Assembly: GCA_964016885.1 (NCBI GenBank)
Contig: OZ024756.1
Span: 39,680,001 to 39,744,000, forward strand
Origin: Eledone cirrhosa
Taxonomy: Eukaryota
Length of the DNA stretch: 64,000 nucleotides
Direction: 5' to 3'
In this document: positions 1 to 13,858 of the stretch, piece after piece
How positions within the stretch are numbered: the first letter of the stretch is position 1
Layout: each line of letters starts with the position of its first letter
Position numbers and translations under genes: made by a program
The notes under the pieces: generated by a model
Seen by the model: only the letters and a program-made list of their open reading frames with translations
What the model was told of the DNA's origin: nothing
The model's database searches: none

Positions 1-36
<36 letters not shown>

Positions 37-60
37 ATAAAATTTATATATATATATATA

Positions 61-171
61 CATTTTAGAAGATCCCGTTAAGGGTGAAAGCAGCGATTCT
101 TTGCTTAAACTTTAATCTGTTATTTTAATAAATATATATATATTTCACCCTTAACGGGATCTTCTAAAATG
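61..171 (+). mobile_element. HHR-derived short element, family B (5'-truncated hammerhead plus short inverted copy) in a TA run
   Basis: agaaga-tccc-gttaa-gggt-GAAA-gcag..ttgc-TT. 61-89 is repeated inverted at 143-171. Same sequence recurs at about 5730-5790(-), 5881-5935 and 56275-56330. Confidence 0.55.
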
Positions 172-195
172 TATATATATTTATATATATTTTAT

Positions 196-289
<94 letters not shown>

Positions 290-889
290 ATAAAATTTAA
301 TATAGAAATGGTGACTACAGAGCTATAGGACTAGAACTGTTTCATTATATATTATATATTATATATTTATATAGAATATATCATTGTATTGTGTTGTGAA
401 CGAGTATATGCTGTGAGAGTAGTCACACGTTGTTGTCATTTGACTCAATGCATAAATTTTAGACTCCATAGCGAATTGTCTAATAAATGTGTTTAATTGG
501 TTTTTATTCATCTGCAACCAAGTTATATTTTTCTTTCTTTGGTTAATAGCATGTTCATACGATTTTGTTCAAAATTAATATGCTTAAATTCGTAGTGAAC
601 ATTTATGAAATAGTTCTCAAAGTAATGAATGAAAGCTCTCTCTTCATTCAATGGCAGCGTTTGGTGGAAATTCAATATGTCTATCTGTTAGCCATTGGAA
701 CTACATTGTTCTTGTATTTCATATACGTTCATATATAGAGTGTGATTTAATTCTAACATTCCTCAAATGGAATCTCGGCAAATAATTTAATCTTTAAATG
801 TGTGAATACATGTTCTAGTACGATGGATAGAAGACAATTTTCTTTTGTCAAATACATGCATACATTCTTACATATATACATATATACAT

Positions 890-1497
890 GGTGGCTGCCA
901 ACTCGTTTTCGAGTACGGCCACTACTTTATATCCATGTAGGAGAACCCCTACCGATGCGCTGAACGAATGTGACTTTTTAGTCCAGCCAGCGACTTGAAA
1001 ACTCTGGTACAAAGACTACACTTGTGACCATTATTGACACATAGTGCAGGGGCCATGGTACCATGTGATGACAAGTGCAGAGAGATCTCCAGATATAAAG
1101 AAATGCCTGTGCTGTGAAGCTTTTATAGTGAGCAAAGGCACTGCACAAAGCCAGTCCCACTCTCTTAACCAAGATGATATTTACCAAAACGAAGAACAAG
1201 TCAACATCATTGGATACCGTCAGGGTTGCAGGTGTTATATCAGAGTTTTCCTTCTCCTAGAATTCTGCCTTGACAAAGGCTAAGGGGTCATCTCTCCCGG
1301 TGATTTTGGATGGCTATTGACTCTTAAGAGCTCCCTTGCCCTTTGACAGGTTTTGTTTTTAGTCCTGCAGGATGTCCAAAGTCACCCTCCTCACCAAGAA
1401 ACCTTGGTGGGGTTGCCAGTTTAGTCGCCAACGACCCGACCATGAGACAGGTTGTACTGGAATACATGTTACCAGTAGCACCAAGTGGTGACCTGAC
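890..1497 (-). mobile_element. Probable 5' region of an RTE-clade LINE, decayed
   Basis: GC-richer island bounded by microsatellites. The minus strand contains ctaggagaaggaaaactctga, which I recall from RTE/Expander-type 5' regions. No recognisable ORF. Confidence 0.35.
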
Positions 1498-1840
1498 ATA
1501 CATACATACATACATACATACATACATACATACATACATACATACATACATACATACATACATACATACACACATACATGAATGCATACATGAACGCATA
1601 CATACATACATATATTCGTACGTACATAATGCGTACATACATATATACACACATACAAATATATGAAGGAAAGAGTATATATATATATGTAAATATTATA
1701 TATATATATATATATATGGGTGTGTGTGTAAGTATGTATGTGATTACATGTGCATATATTTGATTCTGTGTGTGTATGTGTAAGTGTACGTATATGTGTA
1801 TGTGTATGTGAATGTGTATGTGTAAGTGTTTGTGTGTTGA
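1497..1840. repeat. (CATA)n and compound TA/TG microsatellite
   Basis: Directly visible. Confidence 0.95.
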
Positions 1841-2699
1841 CAATTGCTTCTAGAGCTGGTAACAATAAAATCACACATTACTTACGTTCGTTTGTTATAT
1901 TTAATGTTACATGTCGAAATATTAATAGTATTATATATAAATAAATACTAATGGCTTCATTTATGCACCTTCTTCATCGTGTTCATTTGTCAGTGATATA
2001 TTTCAGAGACAAATATTGTACGGTGTGACGACAAACAGTTGCCATTGTATCGATAACATTATTTCTTTCAATTTCAGCAAACTATCTCAACGTATAACTT
2101 ACAAAATAAATAGTTATAGATTTTAGTTCTCTTTAAAAGTTTATGAATTCTTATTCTTAATATAGCGTCTTATGTAATTTCTACTTGCCAGGCAAGTAGA
2201 AATTACATTATCTTAGTTTGCACTTGTGCGTTGTGTGTTAGAGACATTCCACCTTTCTTCTAGTTACAGAAGACCCCGTAAATAAATTTGGAAAGTAAAT
2301 AGAAAACCAAGAGAATTTTAAAGAATATTCCATTATACTAATTGGTTAAATAAATGTGGTCTACGCATGACGCAGGCTTCTTATTTTCCTAACTATAGAT
2401 ACCACCACGTCAGCGACCTTCTGTATTGATGATGCCAGACGATACACACGTCATACATACATATACATATACAGATGTCACACATACATATACATACACA
2501 CAGATACATGTGTGTGTGTCTATCTGTGTGTGTGTGCTTATTTATTCACATAATAGCATTCTACGTCAATAAACATAAGTAACTACATGAAATGCTGTGA
2601 TGGCAAAGATGAAGATCCGCATAAGGTGAAACAGTTGTTCTCGGTATGGTGAACTGTTGTGGAACTACTTCTATATATATCTATATATATATATATATA

Positions 2700-3028
2700 T
2701 AAGTCAAAACAATGAAATAAAAATTCAAGTCATTAGAAATATATTTCACTGCTTTACGATCGTTTCTAGGTGATAATAATACATCGTACGCATATTTCGT
2801 TATCGATCTATGTATATCATCAGCCGTTGTCAAAAGCAATTGCTTTTGACAACGGCTGATGATATACACGTAGGTAAATATATTCCTTATTTGATATTTT
2901 GTAACTAACCCTACATAGATCGATAACGAAATATGCGTATGATATATTATTATCACCTAGAAACGATCGTAAAGCAGTGAAGTATATTTCTAATGACTTG
3001 AATTTTTATTTCATTGTTTTAACTTATA
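2700..3028. mobile_element. Foldback element containing a long-stem-II hammerhead remnant
   Basis: Inverted arms around aagcaattgctt (about 2839). Right arm has CTGATGA (2856) ... ccta-GAAA-cgatcg-TA (about 2960-2971). Stem I does not pair. Related to 21335-21488. Confidence 0.55.
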
Positions 3029-3231
3029 TCATGACTCTGTTTTCCATTTGATGTTTTATTGTTTTCCGGGATTTATTTTAACCTACAACATTTTCAACAT
3101 ATGGATTACATTGAGTTCTTCATGCAGACTAGACCCCACAACTAACCGTGGATATTTCTGTGTGTGTGTATATATATTTGGAGTAAAAATACGATATTAA
3201 CAAATGGAAACTATATTTATAAAACCATATT

Positions 3232-3296
3232 TATTTCATTATACATATTTCAAGGACACCAAGTTAAATTATGGTGTCCTTTCATCAGATAAAATA
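3232..3296 (-). ncRNA. Type I hammerhead ribozyme motif, family A
   Basis: tattttat-CTGATGA-aaggacacca/loop/tggtgtcctt-GAAA-tatgta-TA-atgaaata. 8-bp stem I, perfect 10-bp stem II, minimal stem III. Confidence 0.85.
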
Positions 3297-3368
3297 TAAT
3301 ATAGAGCAGTTTTATAAATGAATATTGACATACCCTTAAAGAATGCAACCTTTACTGTTGGAAGCTCC

Positions 3369-3452
<84 letters not shown>

Positions 3453-3455
<3 letters not shown>

Positions 3456-3930
3456 GAAGAACCGATATATCTGAATGCCTTGCTTCCCTGGGCATGAATA
3501 CATTGAAGCGCCGACGTCTGGCAACTGACTTGGTAAACACCCACAAAATGATTAACCATCATGCTAACAGCAACCTGAGTACCTTTTTGATTTCCATGTG
3601 TCTAACACACGTGGGCATGCCAACAAGGTCAGAAAACAGCACAGCTCCCATGACTTTCGGAAACATTTTTTTCACGCTCAGAATTGCTGAAGCATGGAAC
3701 AAACTCCCTGCATCAGTTGTTAGCTGTCCAGACACTGCATCCTTTAAAACCTCCATGCTTCCTGAGATTTACCAACACTAGACCTAATATTCCCCCTCTA
3801 TATACACGCACACATGTATATCATGACTCATACACTATTCACTTCCCTGACATTTGAACATTATTCTATGTACTATACATGCACCTTTGAGGAGTTGTAG
3901 TGCACCTGAGCACTGTACACAATAATTTCC
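3453..3930 (+). mobile_element. 3' end of a CR1-group LINE (ORF2 C-terminus plus 3' UTR), frameshifted
   Basis: TLKRRRLATDLVNTHKMI...FFTLRIAEAWNKLPASVVSCPDTASFKT matches the CR1 ORF2 C-terminal pattern. Confidence 0.8.
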
Positions 3931-4335
3931 TTATTTATCTTCTACCGTTTTCTCACTCAATGTTTTAATTAAGCCAGCATCATTAAGATGCCAACCAAAA
4001 AGGAAAATAGAGTGCACCCTTATACGTTAAATAGTAAGAGAAACGATTTCGTGGGAGTAGCGAATTTAATTCTCCATCCTCAGACTAAAACCACTATACA
4101 ATTGTAAATTAAATTCTATTGCGTATTAGTTAAAATAAAATTATAACTTCAGTGAAATAAACCTCAAGAAAAATATGTTTATTTGAAATGTCAAAACTGC
4201 TGCCATTTTGTATATAAGGGTTTTTGAAGGAAGTCACCCTCAAATATTTTTGTCATCAATCCTTATTATGTTTTATACCATTATTTTTAAGGCTTTATAC
4301 GAAACCTTTTCGGTTTTTCTCCATAATCGATAAAT

Positions 4336-4479
4336 CCAGCATAGTTACGTCCCTTTACGATCTGAGTTCAAATCCCGCCGAGGTTGACTTTGCCTTTCAT
4401 CCTTACGGGGTCGATAAAATAAAGTACCAGTAATGCACTGGGTGATTGCTGGCCTTGTGCCTAAAGTAGAAACAATTAT
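4336..4479 (+). mobile_element. tRNA-derived SINE, 5'-truncated (main family)
   Basis: B-box gagttcaaatcc, then core gcctttcatccttacggggtcgataaaataaagtaccag (resembles the Meta/MESC domain; assignment from memory). Confidence 0.85.
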
Positions 4480-4596
4480 TTTACATTGTAGCAAACACGA
4501 TTCTTATACTTGTTCGTTTGTGTGTGGATGTGTGTGTATCTTTGTTTGTGTACGTGTATGTCTGTATAGGTGTATGTCTTCTGTGTGCCTGTATCT

Positions 4597-4608
4597 TCTC
4601 TCTCTCTC

Positions 4609-4689
<81 letters not shown>

Positions 4690-4708
4690 TATCTCTCTCT
4701 TTCTCTCC

Positions 4709-4747
<39 letters not shown>

Positions 4748-4774
4748 ATTCTTTCTCTCTCTCTCTTTCTTTTT

Positions 4775-4807
<33 letters not shown>

Positions 4808-4865
4808 CTCTCCTATCTCACTCTCTCTCACGGAATGTGTGTCTGTTTGTGTCTATTTATGTATT

Positions 4866-4935
<70 letters not shown>

Positions 4936-5110
4936 GCTGTGTATGTATCTTTGTGTATATGCGTCTGCGTGTGTGTGTGTCTATGTATGTATCTGTGTGT
5001 GTATCTATGTATGTATCTCTGTATGTGTGACTGTGTATGTATCTCTGTGTCTACCACTATACGTCAGTACGTGTGTTTCGTTATATATATATATACATAT
5101 ATATATATAG
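4597..5110. repeat. Compound (CT)n/(GT)n/(TA)n microsatellite
   Basis: Directly visible. Part recurs inverted at about 5790-5880. Confidence 0.95.
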
Positions 5111-5308
5111 GTTACGATGTCTATATTCGGCATACATCTGTCGGCTGCTCCTTCCATTCTTTATATTAAGGTACAGTTGACATTAATGATTCCATTCCTC
5201 ATTTACTTCACAGAAACATCTTATAAACTTTATTGCTTCATTTATCTTGTCTCCTAAATATATGGAGAGTGTTCAGAAATTTAGCATACCATAAATCCAT
5301 ATACACTC

Positions 5309-5343
<35 letters not shown>

Positions 5344-5524
5344 ATTTTTCCTTATTTTTCCTTATTTTTCCTTATTTTTCCTTATTTTTCCTTACTCTGA
5401 CTAACAACCCTATTATCTATCATCTCCATTCTCACTATTATCCTATGATCCTGTACCATATATCTATTGTTCTTATGATGTAGGTCGGTAGAGCTTATCT
5501 TCATTATTGTATTTTTGTTTTCAG

Positions 5525-5571
5525 CGCTCTGATGAGTCCTGCCCCATGGTATGGATGAAACACTGTCAGCG
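5525..5571 (+). ncRNA. Type I hammerhead ribozyme motif
   Basis: cgct-CTGATGA-gtcc tgcc ccat ggta t ggat-GAAA-cactg-TC-agcg with GUC triplet. AATAAA follows at 5572. Lies in a ~270-bp insert between TA runs. Confidence 0.88.
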
Positions 5572-5637
5572 AATAAAAATTGATGTTATAAGCGCTCTTT
5601 GTTTTCTCTTACTATATATATATATATATATATATAG

Positions 5638-5935
5638 TAATAATAATAAATGTGAAGACTAAAATCCAAAGAGGGCTCGATAAGGATAAATATATATCAA
5701 ATATATAAGAACCATAGAGCAAATATATATTAAAATAACAGATTAAAGTTTAAGCAAAGAATCGCTGCTTTCACCCTTAACGGGATCTTAGAGATACATA
5801 CACAGTCACACAAATACACATAGATACAGACATAAACACATACACGCAGACGCATATACACAGAGATACATACACAGTCACGTTAAGGGTGAAAGCAGCG
5901 ATTCTTTGCTTAAACTTTAATCTGTTATTTTAATA
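5638..5935. mobile_element. Family B element pair in inverted orientation
   Basis: 5730-5790 is the reverse complement of 5881-5935 and of 68-130. Confidence 0.6.
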
Positions 5936-5936
5936 A

Positions 5937-5972
<36 letters not shown>

Positions 5973-6071
5973 ATGAGTGTGCGTCCCCCACCCCACTCTC
6001 AAGCGTGAACCTAATACTTACACTTTGTACTGCACTCTTCGCTATTGTTTTTGTTTTCTGTTTTAACTATA

Positions 6072-6205
<134 letters not shown>

Positions 6206-6267
6206 TATAGTTAAAACAGAAAACAAAAACAACGCTGAAACCTTTTCCTTGTAATGTCTTCATTATT

Positions 6268-6448
6268 TGGCAGTATTGGTAGAGGGTCGGACGCCATGCT
6301 TTGACGCATAGAGTTACGGCCCTTGCCATTTTGAGTTCAAATCCCGCCGAGGTTAACTTTGCCTTTCATCCTTACGAGGTCGATAAAATAAAGTACCAGT
6401 AATGTACTGGGTAATTGCTGGCCTTGTGCCTAACATAGAAACAATTAT
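6268..6448 (+). mobile_element. tRNA-derived SINE (main family)
   Basis: A-box-like tggcagtattggt, B-box gagttcaaatcc, conserved core and tail. Confidence 0.9.
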
Positions 6449-7083
6449 ATTATAACATTAAGAACACTTAAACAAATAATAAATCTACACTACAGTTACA
6501 TCAAGACTGTTGACGACACTGACTTAAAGCCATACAGCAGCTGTATTAAATTCTATATGATACAACGCAGTCCAGAAGCCAAAATCGTCGTTGACATCAA
6601 ACTTTTGTTTTCTTCTGTACTTTTGTATTGTAAAAACACGTATTTTCTATTCAAATCTCTATCTTCTTGCTTGTACATTTATTTATTCGTCCGTATGGAG
6701 CTAGTAAGCCATGACAGACTAGGGCAGGTATCGAGTACTTCTTAGAGTTGGTGATCAAAAAAACTTTAGTGAGACAAGTAAAAAAAATCAATTTTGAAAC
6801 AAGGAAATAAAATAAGATAAAATTCAAATTAAATTTCAAATATTGAAGGCCAATGGAGATAGATTATGCCTAAGAAAACGAAAAAGAAAGGAAGAAGAGG
6901 AAATAAGAAAGAAGGGAAACAAGGGAAACTGTGAAAGGGCTAGAAGTTTCTGTTGTGGAATCTTTTCGTAGCTTCCATGTACTCGCAGGTATAATATGTT
7001 AATTAATGAGAAAGGCTGTTTATTTGAACATATAATACTTGATAGATAAGTCAGAAGCATATATATTTGAACCCAGAAGATGT

Positions 7084-7475
7084 ATAATTGTTTCTATTTT
7101 CGGCACAAGGCCAGCAATTATCCCAGTGTATTACTGGTACTTTATTTTATCGGCTCCGTAAGGATGAAAGGCAAAGTCAACCTCGGCGGGATTTGAACTC
7201 AGACCGTAAAGGACCGTAACTCTTTGCTGCAAATCACGGCGTCCGACCCTCTATCGATACTGCCAATCCACAGCGCTGAAAACGTGTAATGGTTGTTTCT
7301 ACTTGTGGCACAAGGTCACCAATTAACCAGTGCATTACTGGTACTTTATTTTATCAACTCCGTAAGGATGAAAGGCAAAGTTAACCTCGACGGGATTTGA
7401 ACTCAGACCATAAAGGGCCGTAACTCTTTGCTGCAGAGCATGGCGTTCGACCCTTTATCGATACTGCCAATCCAC
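7084..7475 (-). mobile_element. Two tandem SINE copies (main family)
   Basis: Reverse-complement copies at about 7084-7271 and 7292-7475. Confidence 0.9.
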
Positions 7476-8136
7476 CATAGAATGTGTATGCAAGATTGAA
7501 AGATAGTCAATGACATTTCCTAAAGTCACATTTAAGATTGAAATAATTACATTTTATAAAAGGAAATATGTTTCTCGTCTGTATGATTTCAGGAAGTGAG
7601 TACTTCAGATGAAACATTTATTTCATTTCCTGTCCAGAGGGCTAAGAATCTCTATCTCTTCACCTCTTCAGAAAACTAAAGATAAGAAGTTGAAAATATA
7701 TTAATTTAGGTTATCGTAAAGTCGTAAATTGTAGGGTTAGCAGAGAAGTTCTCTTAATATCGACTTTGAGACAGCTCTGTTGCAAAACAGAGAAGAATGA
7801 CAGACAAAATTACAATTATTGAATGGTTCTTAATTAAATGTATTGACGCAAAGCCCACCTGCTTAAAGTGCTGTATTCAGATAGAATCTTGTCAATTCCA
7901 AAATGGAAATTCAATGGGTAATTTTCTTTTTTTGCTTCTTTTTTTTTTTTTTTCTTTTGTGTCCAAGTATATAACAGACTGTATATGTGTAATTATGTAG
8001 TTGTATATATGTACACATACATATATATATATATGTGTGTGTGTGTGTATAATATGTGTATATATATGTGTATGTATGTATATATATATATATACATATA
8101 TGTATATGTATGTATATATATATGTATGTATATATA

Positions 8137-8522
8137 TTGGCAGTATCGGTAGAGGGTCGGACGCCATGCTTTCCAGCATAGTTACGTCCCTTTACGGTCT
8201 GAGTTCAAATCCCGCCGAGGTTCACTTTGCCTTTCATCCTTACAGGGTCGATAAAATAAAGTACCAGTAACGCACTGGGATAATTGCTGGCCTTGTGCCA
8301 AAAGTAGAAACAATTATACATAAATATAGGGCGGCGGATTGGCAGTATCAGTAGAGGGTCGGACGCCATGCTTTGCAGCAAAGAGTTACACCCCTTTATG
8401 GTCTGAGTTCAAATCCCGCCGAGGTTAACTTTGCCTTTCATTCTTACGGGGGTTGATAAAATAAAGTACCAGTAATACACTGGGATAATTGCTGGCCTTG
8501 TGCCAAAAGTAGAAACAATTAT
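8137..8522 (+). mobile_element. Two tandem SINE copies (main family)
   Basis: Copies at about 8137-8317 and 8328-8522. Confidence 0.9.
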
Positions 8523-8573
8523 ACATAAATATATATACACCTCTCTCTCTTTCTCTCTTTATATATATATTGT

Positions 8574-8692
8574 GAAGGCGCCAGGCTGAGTGGTAAGAGA
8601 ATTGGATTCACAATCGTGAGGTTGTGAGTTCGATTCCCGGACCAGGTGATACGTTATGTCCTTGAGCAAGACACTTTATTTCACATTGCTCC
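8574..8692 (+). mobile_element. CORE-type tRNA-derived SINE, 3'-truncated
   Basis: A-box ggctgagtggt, B-box gagttcgattcc, CORE-like tgtccttgagcaagacacttta. Confidence 0.7.
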
Positions 8693-9299
8693 TTCTACCG
8701 GTTCTATTTGACGAAATTCGATCGACTGACGATATATAGAAATAGGTATATATATGTGTTTGGTGTGTGTTTGTGTGTTTGTTTTGTGGCTTTATGTGTA
8801 TATTTGTCTGTATTTGTGTGTATGTATGTGTGTGTGTGTGTGTGTGTGTGTTTATGTGTGTGTGTGTGTGTGTTTGTATATATCTGTGTTTGTATGTTTG
8901 TTTGTGGGTTTATGTGTGTGTTTGTGTATATTTGTGTGTGTGTTGGTGTGTGTGTTTGTATGTGTGTATGTGAGTGTGTGTTTGTGTGTTAGTGTATTTG
9001 TTCGAGTAAATATTCACACACGTGTGTTTTCATTAAACATCAGTGAAGTAGACTTGTTCAGATTTACAAGTTATATTCGTTGACTCACCTGGATTAAAAC
9101 AGTATGTAGATAGGTATATGTTCACCTGAGCTCGTAGATATAATATCCAATAATTGGCTATGTTTTTAGAGTTTGTAGTCTACAGCAGAAAGGTTTCTGT
9201 AAAACTTTACTAATTGACAAGTGTGACAGTAGACAATGTGAGTTATTGTCTATAACAAAATACCATTATCGAAGAGTCTGGTAGGTTTTGTCATTTAAA

Positions 9300-9642
9300 A
9301 CAAAAAAGTAAAAGTGTAAGTCATTATAAAGAGGACAATTTGTTAAAGTAGAGGAAAGGACTATGAAAACCAGGAATGAGAGAAAAGGTGGGGGAAAACA
9401 AGGTGGGGAAAAGGAAAGGCTCAAGGCCCACAGAAGAAAAGGTGGGGGAAGAAGAGAGGATGATTCGCTCTGGGCCTAGTGTGCGGTGATGTTGGCGATG
9501 CGCCCCGCGGACAAAGATGTAAAAGTATTTCTGTGGACAATGTCCAGCGACACCCGCTGCAACATCCACCCCCTCCTCGCGGCGCGGGGTTCCTTCCTCG
9601 GACGGGCTGTTGACGTTCCGATCTTGCGGAGGAGCCCGGCAG
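9300..9642 (-). mobile_element. 3' fragment of a CRE-clade-like non-LTR retrotransposon
   Basis: LLRKIGTSTARPRKEPR..GWMLQRVSLDIVHRN resembles the CRE C-terminal QRxSxAIxRGNA motif. Homologous to 17700-18040. Confidence 0.65.
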
Positions 9643-9643
9643 A

Positions 9644-9691
<48 letters not shown>

Positions 9692-10108
9692 GTGGAAGGA
9701 ATAAGAAAGATTAATAGGAAAAATGGACTTCAATATTTGCTTGGCAATTATTTTATCGATCACGAAAGATGATAGGTGAAATTAATATGGGCAGGGGTGA
9801 GATTGCAGCGGAGAGCAGGATCGAATACTGTAAACCAGTATATCCGATATTCTAACGACTCGACTCAGCAATTTCGTTACTTAACCGAAGAAGAACAGAG
9901 AGTAAAACGGTTGTAAAGGTGTGACGAATACTTCTAAGATGGAGACACTGGTCTGAATGAATCAACGTACAGTTAAGGGCTCACGAGAAAAGAACGTTAT
10001 TTTCTTTCCTGTTCACGAGACAGTAAATCTCTGCTACTTCATCTCATGGCGAAACAAAACTAGATATCGAGATTATATACCCAATATATGTGAGCAAATT
10101 GGATTATC

Positions 10109-10158
<50 letters not shown>

Positions 10159-10165
10159 ATATATA

Positions 10166-10351
10166 GGAACCAGTACGACCCCGACAGCTGAGCTCAAGCC
10201 GTTTCGACGGCTAATTCTGAATTAGCCGTCGAAACGGCTTGAGCTCAGCTGTCGGGGTCGTACTGGTTCCTATTACCCACTCTACTACCTCAAGTATTGA
10301 GTACTTTGGTGCGTTATGGTCCACCTGGTTCCTTACCACATTTCCTTCGTT
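10166..10351 (+). mobile_element. Family C HHR element folded back at stem II
   Basis: Palindrome centred near 10218. Right arm gaattagccgtc-GAAA-cggc..gctg-TC-ggggt plus tail ending ttcgtt at a TA run. Confidence 0.8.
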
Positions 10352-10373
10352 ATATATATATATATATATATAT

Positions 10374-10542
10374 AACGAAGGAAATGTGGTAAGGAACCAG
10401 GTGGACCATAACGCACCAAAGTACTCAATACTTAGGGTAGTGGAGTGGGTAATAGGAACGAGTAGGACCCCGACGGCAGAGCTCAAGCCGTTTCGACGGC
10501 TATTTCTGGACTAAATTAGAATGTTTAGGTCATACTTTTTCC
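10374..10542 (-). mobile_element. Family C HHR element (3' half of ribozyme plus tail)
   Basis: Reverse complement of the preceding copy, extending into the stem II sequence seen at 45338-45372. Confidence 0.8.
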
Positions 10543-10652
<110 letters not shown>

Positions 10653-11103
10653 TGTGTGTGTGAGAGAGAGAGAGAGAAAGAAAGAAAGAAAGAGAGAGAG
10701 AAAGATAGTATACATCTTATCGGTTTCTTCAAATGCATTTTAATGCAGACGTAAACCACATTTAGCACTCAATGCGATAATTTGATTCCAAGATGAAGTA
10801 CTGTTGACCCAAGGAACGATTAATCATTTATTCTGTAATTTAGGAATTTAGGAACGAATCACAGATTATAAAAACTAGAAGAGAGAAATAACAGTTCAAC
10901 ATAGGTTTATTTCATTACACGTGTTTCGGCAGTGATCAGGTACAAAACCGTTCTCAATTACATACTAATATATAACAGAACAGGTTTAAATTGTTTGCAT
11001 CTTTTTAAAAGCAATATATCGACCATGTACTTAACTCCTGAGATAGTATTGATTTTGGAGGTTAATAAATCGGAGAGACCAAGATGGGAGTCTAGTGTGT
11101 GTG

Positions 11104-11151
<48 letters not shown>

Positions 11152-11748
11152 TGTATGTGTGTGTGTGCGTGCAGTCCTGTGTATTTGTATTTGTGTCTGT
11201 GTGTGCATTTCTGTATGTGTATGTTTGTGTCCACTGTTCTGTGTATATATGTGTGTGTGTGTGTGTGTATGTGTGTATGTGTGTGGGGGTGTGTGCAGTC
11301 CTGTGTATTTGTATTTGTGTCTGTGTGTGCAGTTCTGTGTCTCTATGTTTGTGTCCACAGTTCTGTGTATATATATGTGTGTGTGTGTGCGTGCGCGCGC
11401 GCGCGTGTGTGTGTGTGTGTATGTCTATGCATACACAGCTTTCATAATATTAAGAATAGAAATAAGTTTGTTTAAGATTGTAAAAAACAAATAAACAGAA
11501 TTATTGCTAAAGTATATATTTCATACAACAATCCACTATATTCCGTTTATATAATTTTGTTTGGGAATTGATAGGAAAAGTTGTGTTAGAATAATGGAGC
11601 CAATACTGAATAGCCACTACTACAGTAATAGAAGAGATCACGCACTTGGTTTTAAACTGACGTTTGGTTTTCTAGTAGAATCACTACCGCCTCACAATAT
11701 TGTAGTATCGGTTTACTCCTGATTGGTTTACTCCAGATATGTACATGT

Positions 11749-11810
<62 letters not shown>

Positions 11811-11852
11811 CATTTGTAAGCTTTCAGAAAATGTCAATTAGTTGAATGGCCT

Positions 11853-11913
<61 letters not shown>

Positions 11914-11967
11914 TGTCCCCTTCTTTTGTGCCCCTGTGGCTAATAAAGAAACATATCTATCTATCTC

Positions 11968-12082
<115 letters not shown>

Positions 12083-12324
12083 TATCACACACACCACATA
12101 TATGTATAAGAGGGAATCTAATTCTCTACCCACACGAAATCGCGCAGTAGTGTGCACTCTGTTTTCATATCTTAAGGATACTTTCTTAATTAAAACATCG
12201 ACTGAGTGGAAAAACGATCGAAGAATTTCAGGTCCTATCTCATGACTTCGTCTCAATGCACTGGGTAATTGCTGGACTTGTGCCAATGGTAGAAACAATT
12301 ATTTATATATATATATATATATGC

Positions 12325-12469
<145 letters not shown>

Positions 12470-12530
12470 CAGTAGTAGTACATTGGAGGGTTATATCCGA
12501 AGTAGTAGAGCACTCAGTCCATGGGACGAG

Positions 12531-12575
<45 letters not shown>

Positions 12576-12650
12576 TATATAGATATATATATAGATATAT
12601 AACTCGTCCCATGGACTTAAGGGTATTTACATTTTACATTTTAACCATTC

Positions 12651-12762
12651 TGCTCTGAGGATACAGTGGTCACAGCCTTTGATATTTGAGTTTTGCAAAT
12701 AGTTATAAATTTGCACATAGCATAACTAGGCTGTATAATCACCGTGGAAACAGTTGTAAGCA
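12651..12762 (+). ncRNA. Type I hammerhead motif with ~85-nt stem II
   Basis: tgct-CTGAGGA-tacagtggt..acagcct..tgcaaat/atttgca..aggctgt..atcaccgtg-GAAA-cagttg-TA-agca. AATAAA at 12768. Confidence 0.78.
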
Positions 12763-12954
12763 CACAGAATAAATTACCTTTTTATGATGTCTACCTGTTA
12801 TTATTCATTCTTTATCTACACTCCGGAATACAGAAGAATCAGGAACTGAATTTCTTCAACTATTCTTCCATAACTCGTTGAGTAACGCCTTACCGTACGT
12901 CAACTCTATCCAGTGTAGTAATTAACCATTACTGCATCCAGGATAATCCTATAC

Positions 12955-12998
<44 letters not shown>

Positions 12999-13000
<2 letters not shown>

Positions 13001-13187
13001 AACGAATAGGACCCCGACGGCTGAGCTCAAGCCGTTTCGACGTCTAATTATGGACGGAATTAGCCGTCGAAACGGCTTCAGCTCAGCCGTCGGGGTCCTA
13101 CTCGTTCCTATTACCCACTCTACTACCCTAAGTATTGAGTACTTTGGTGCGTTATGGTCCACCTGGTTCCTTACCACATTTCCTTCG

Positions 13188-13189
<2 letters not shown>
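12999..13189 (+). mobile_element. Family C HHR element folded back at stem II
   Basis: Same architecture and same ends as 10166-10351, flanked by TA runs. Confidence 0.8.
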
Positions 13190-13221
<32 letters not shown>

Positions 13222-13268
13222 ATTATATTAATAAATGGAAAATATCTTTTATAAAACCATATATATAC

Positions 13269-13379
<111 letters not shown>

Positions 13380-13381
13380 AA

Positions 13382-13858
13382 TCTAAACTATAATAAAGGA
13401 AGGTCTGCGGGATTGCGTACGGTTTATTTTTCTTTATCCCGTTTGTAAAATAAGTTGGATTACTTTGAATAAATAATGAATGAATATTACATAATTTATC
13501 TACTAAATTTCGTGGCTGTTCATTAAATATATTTTATTTATTTAAAGATTCACTTCTTTAAAATTTTTGAAATGTCAATACGTCCGGTGGCGATCGCTTA
13601 AATAAACATATTAATTTCCGTCACTAATTTTCTCCTAATGCAGTTTATATATAATATGGTCTTTTTTAATGTATCATGGATAACGTTACTGATTACATAA
13701 GACAGTGTAATACAGTCTTCGTTCAATTTCTATGTATTATATATTGTCAATTACGATTTTATTTGATGTATCATATCTACATGTATATATACCTGCGTAT
13801 AATATACACACTACACATGCTAGCAGAAAACTCACCCGAAGGGTGGTTTTTCTGCTAG
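13382..13858 (+). mobile_element. Non-autonomous Helitron-like element
   Basis: Starts TC after A and ends CTAG before T. 3' hairpin ctagcagaaaa..cacc/ggtg..ttttctgctag. Three copies in the window. Confidence 0.7.

Noticed and set aside
2172-2208. Perfect 18-bp hairpin
   Set aside because: Isolated, with no ribozyme core or family membership visible.
2605-2643. ATGAAGA-tcc..ggt-GAAA-cagttg-TT hammerhead candidate
   Set aside because: Core C3 is lost and stem I is only 2 bp. Too degenerate to call.
4030-4090. Minus-strand CTGAGGA...GAAA hammerhead candidate
   Set aside because: Stems I and II are plausible but stem III cannot pair. At best a decayed relic.
10713-10940. Two hammerhead-like remnants on the minus strand (10713-10795; GAAA-cacgtg-TA near 10906-10940)
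   Set aside because: The first lacks a full core and the second lacks the 5' half. Probably relics, so not counted.
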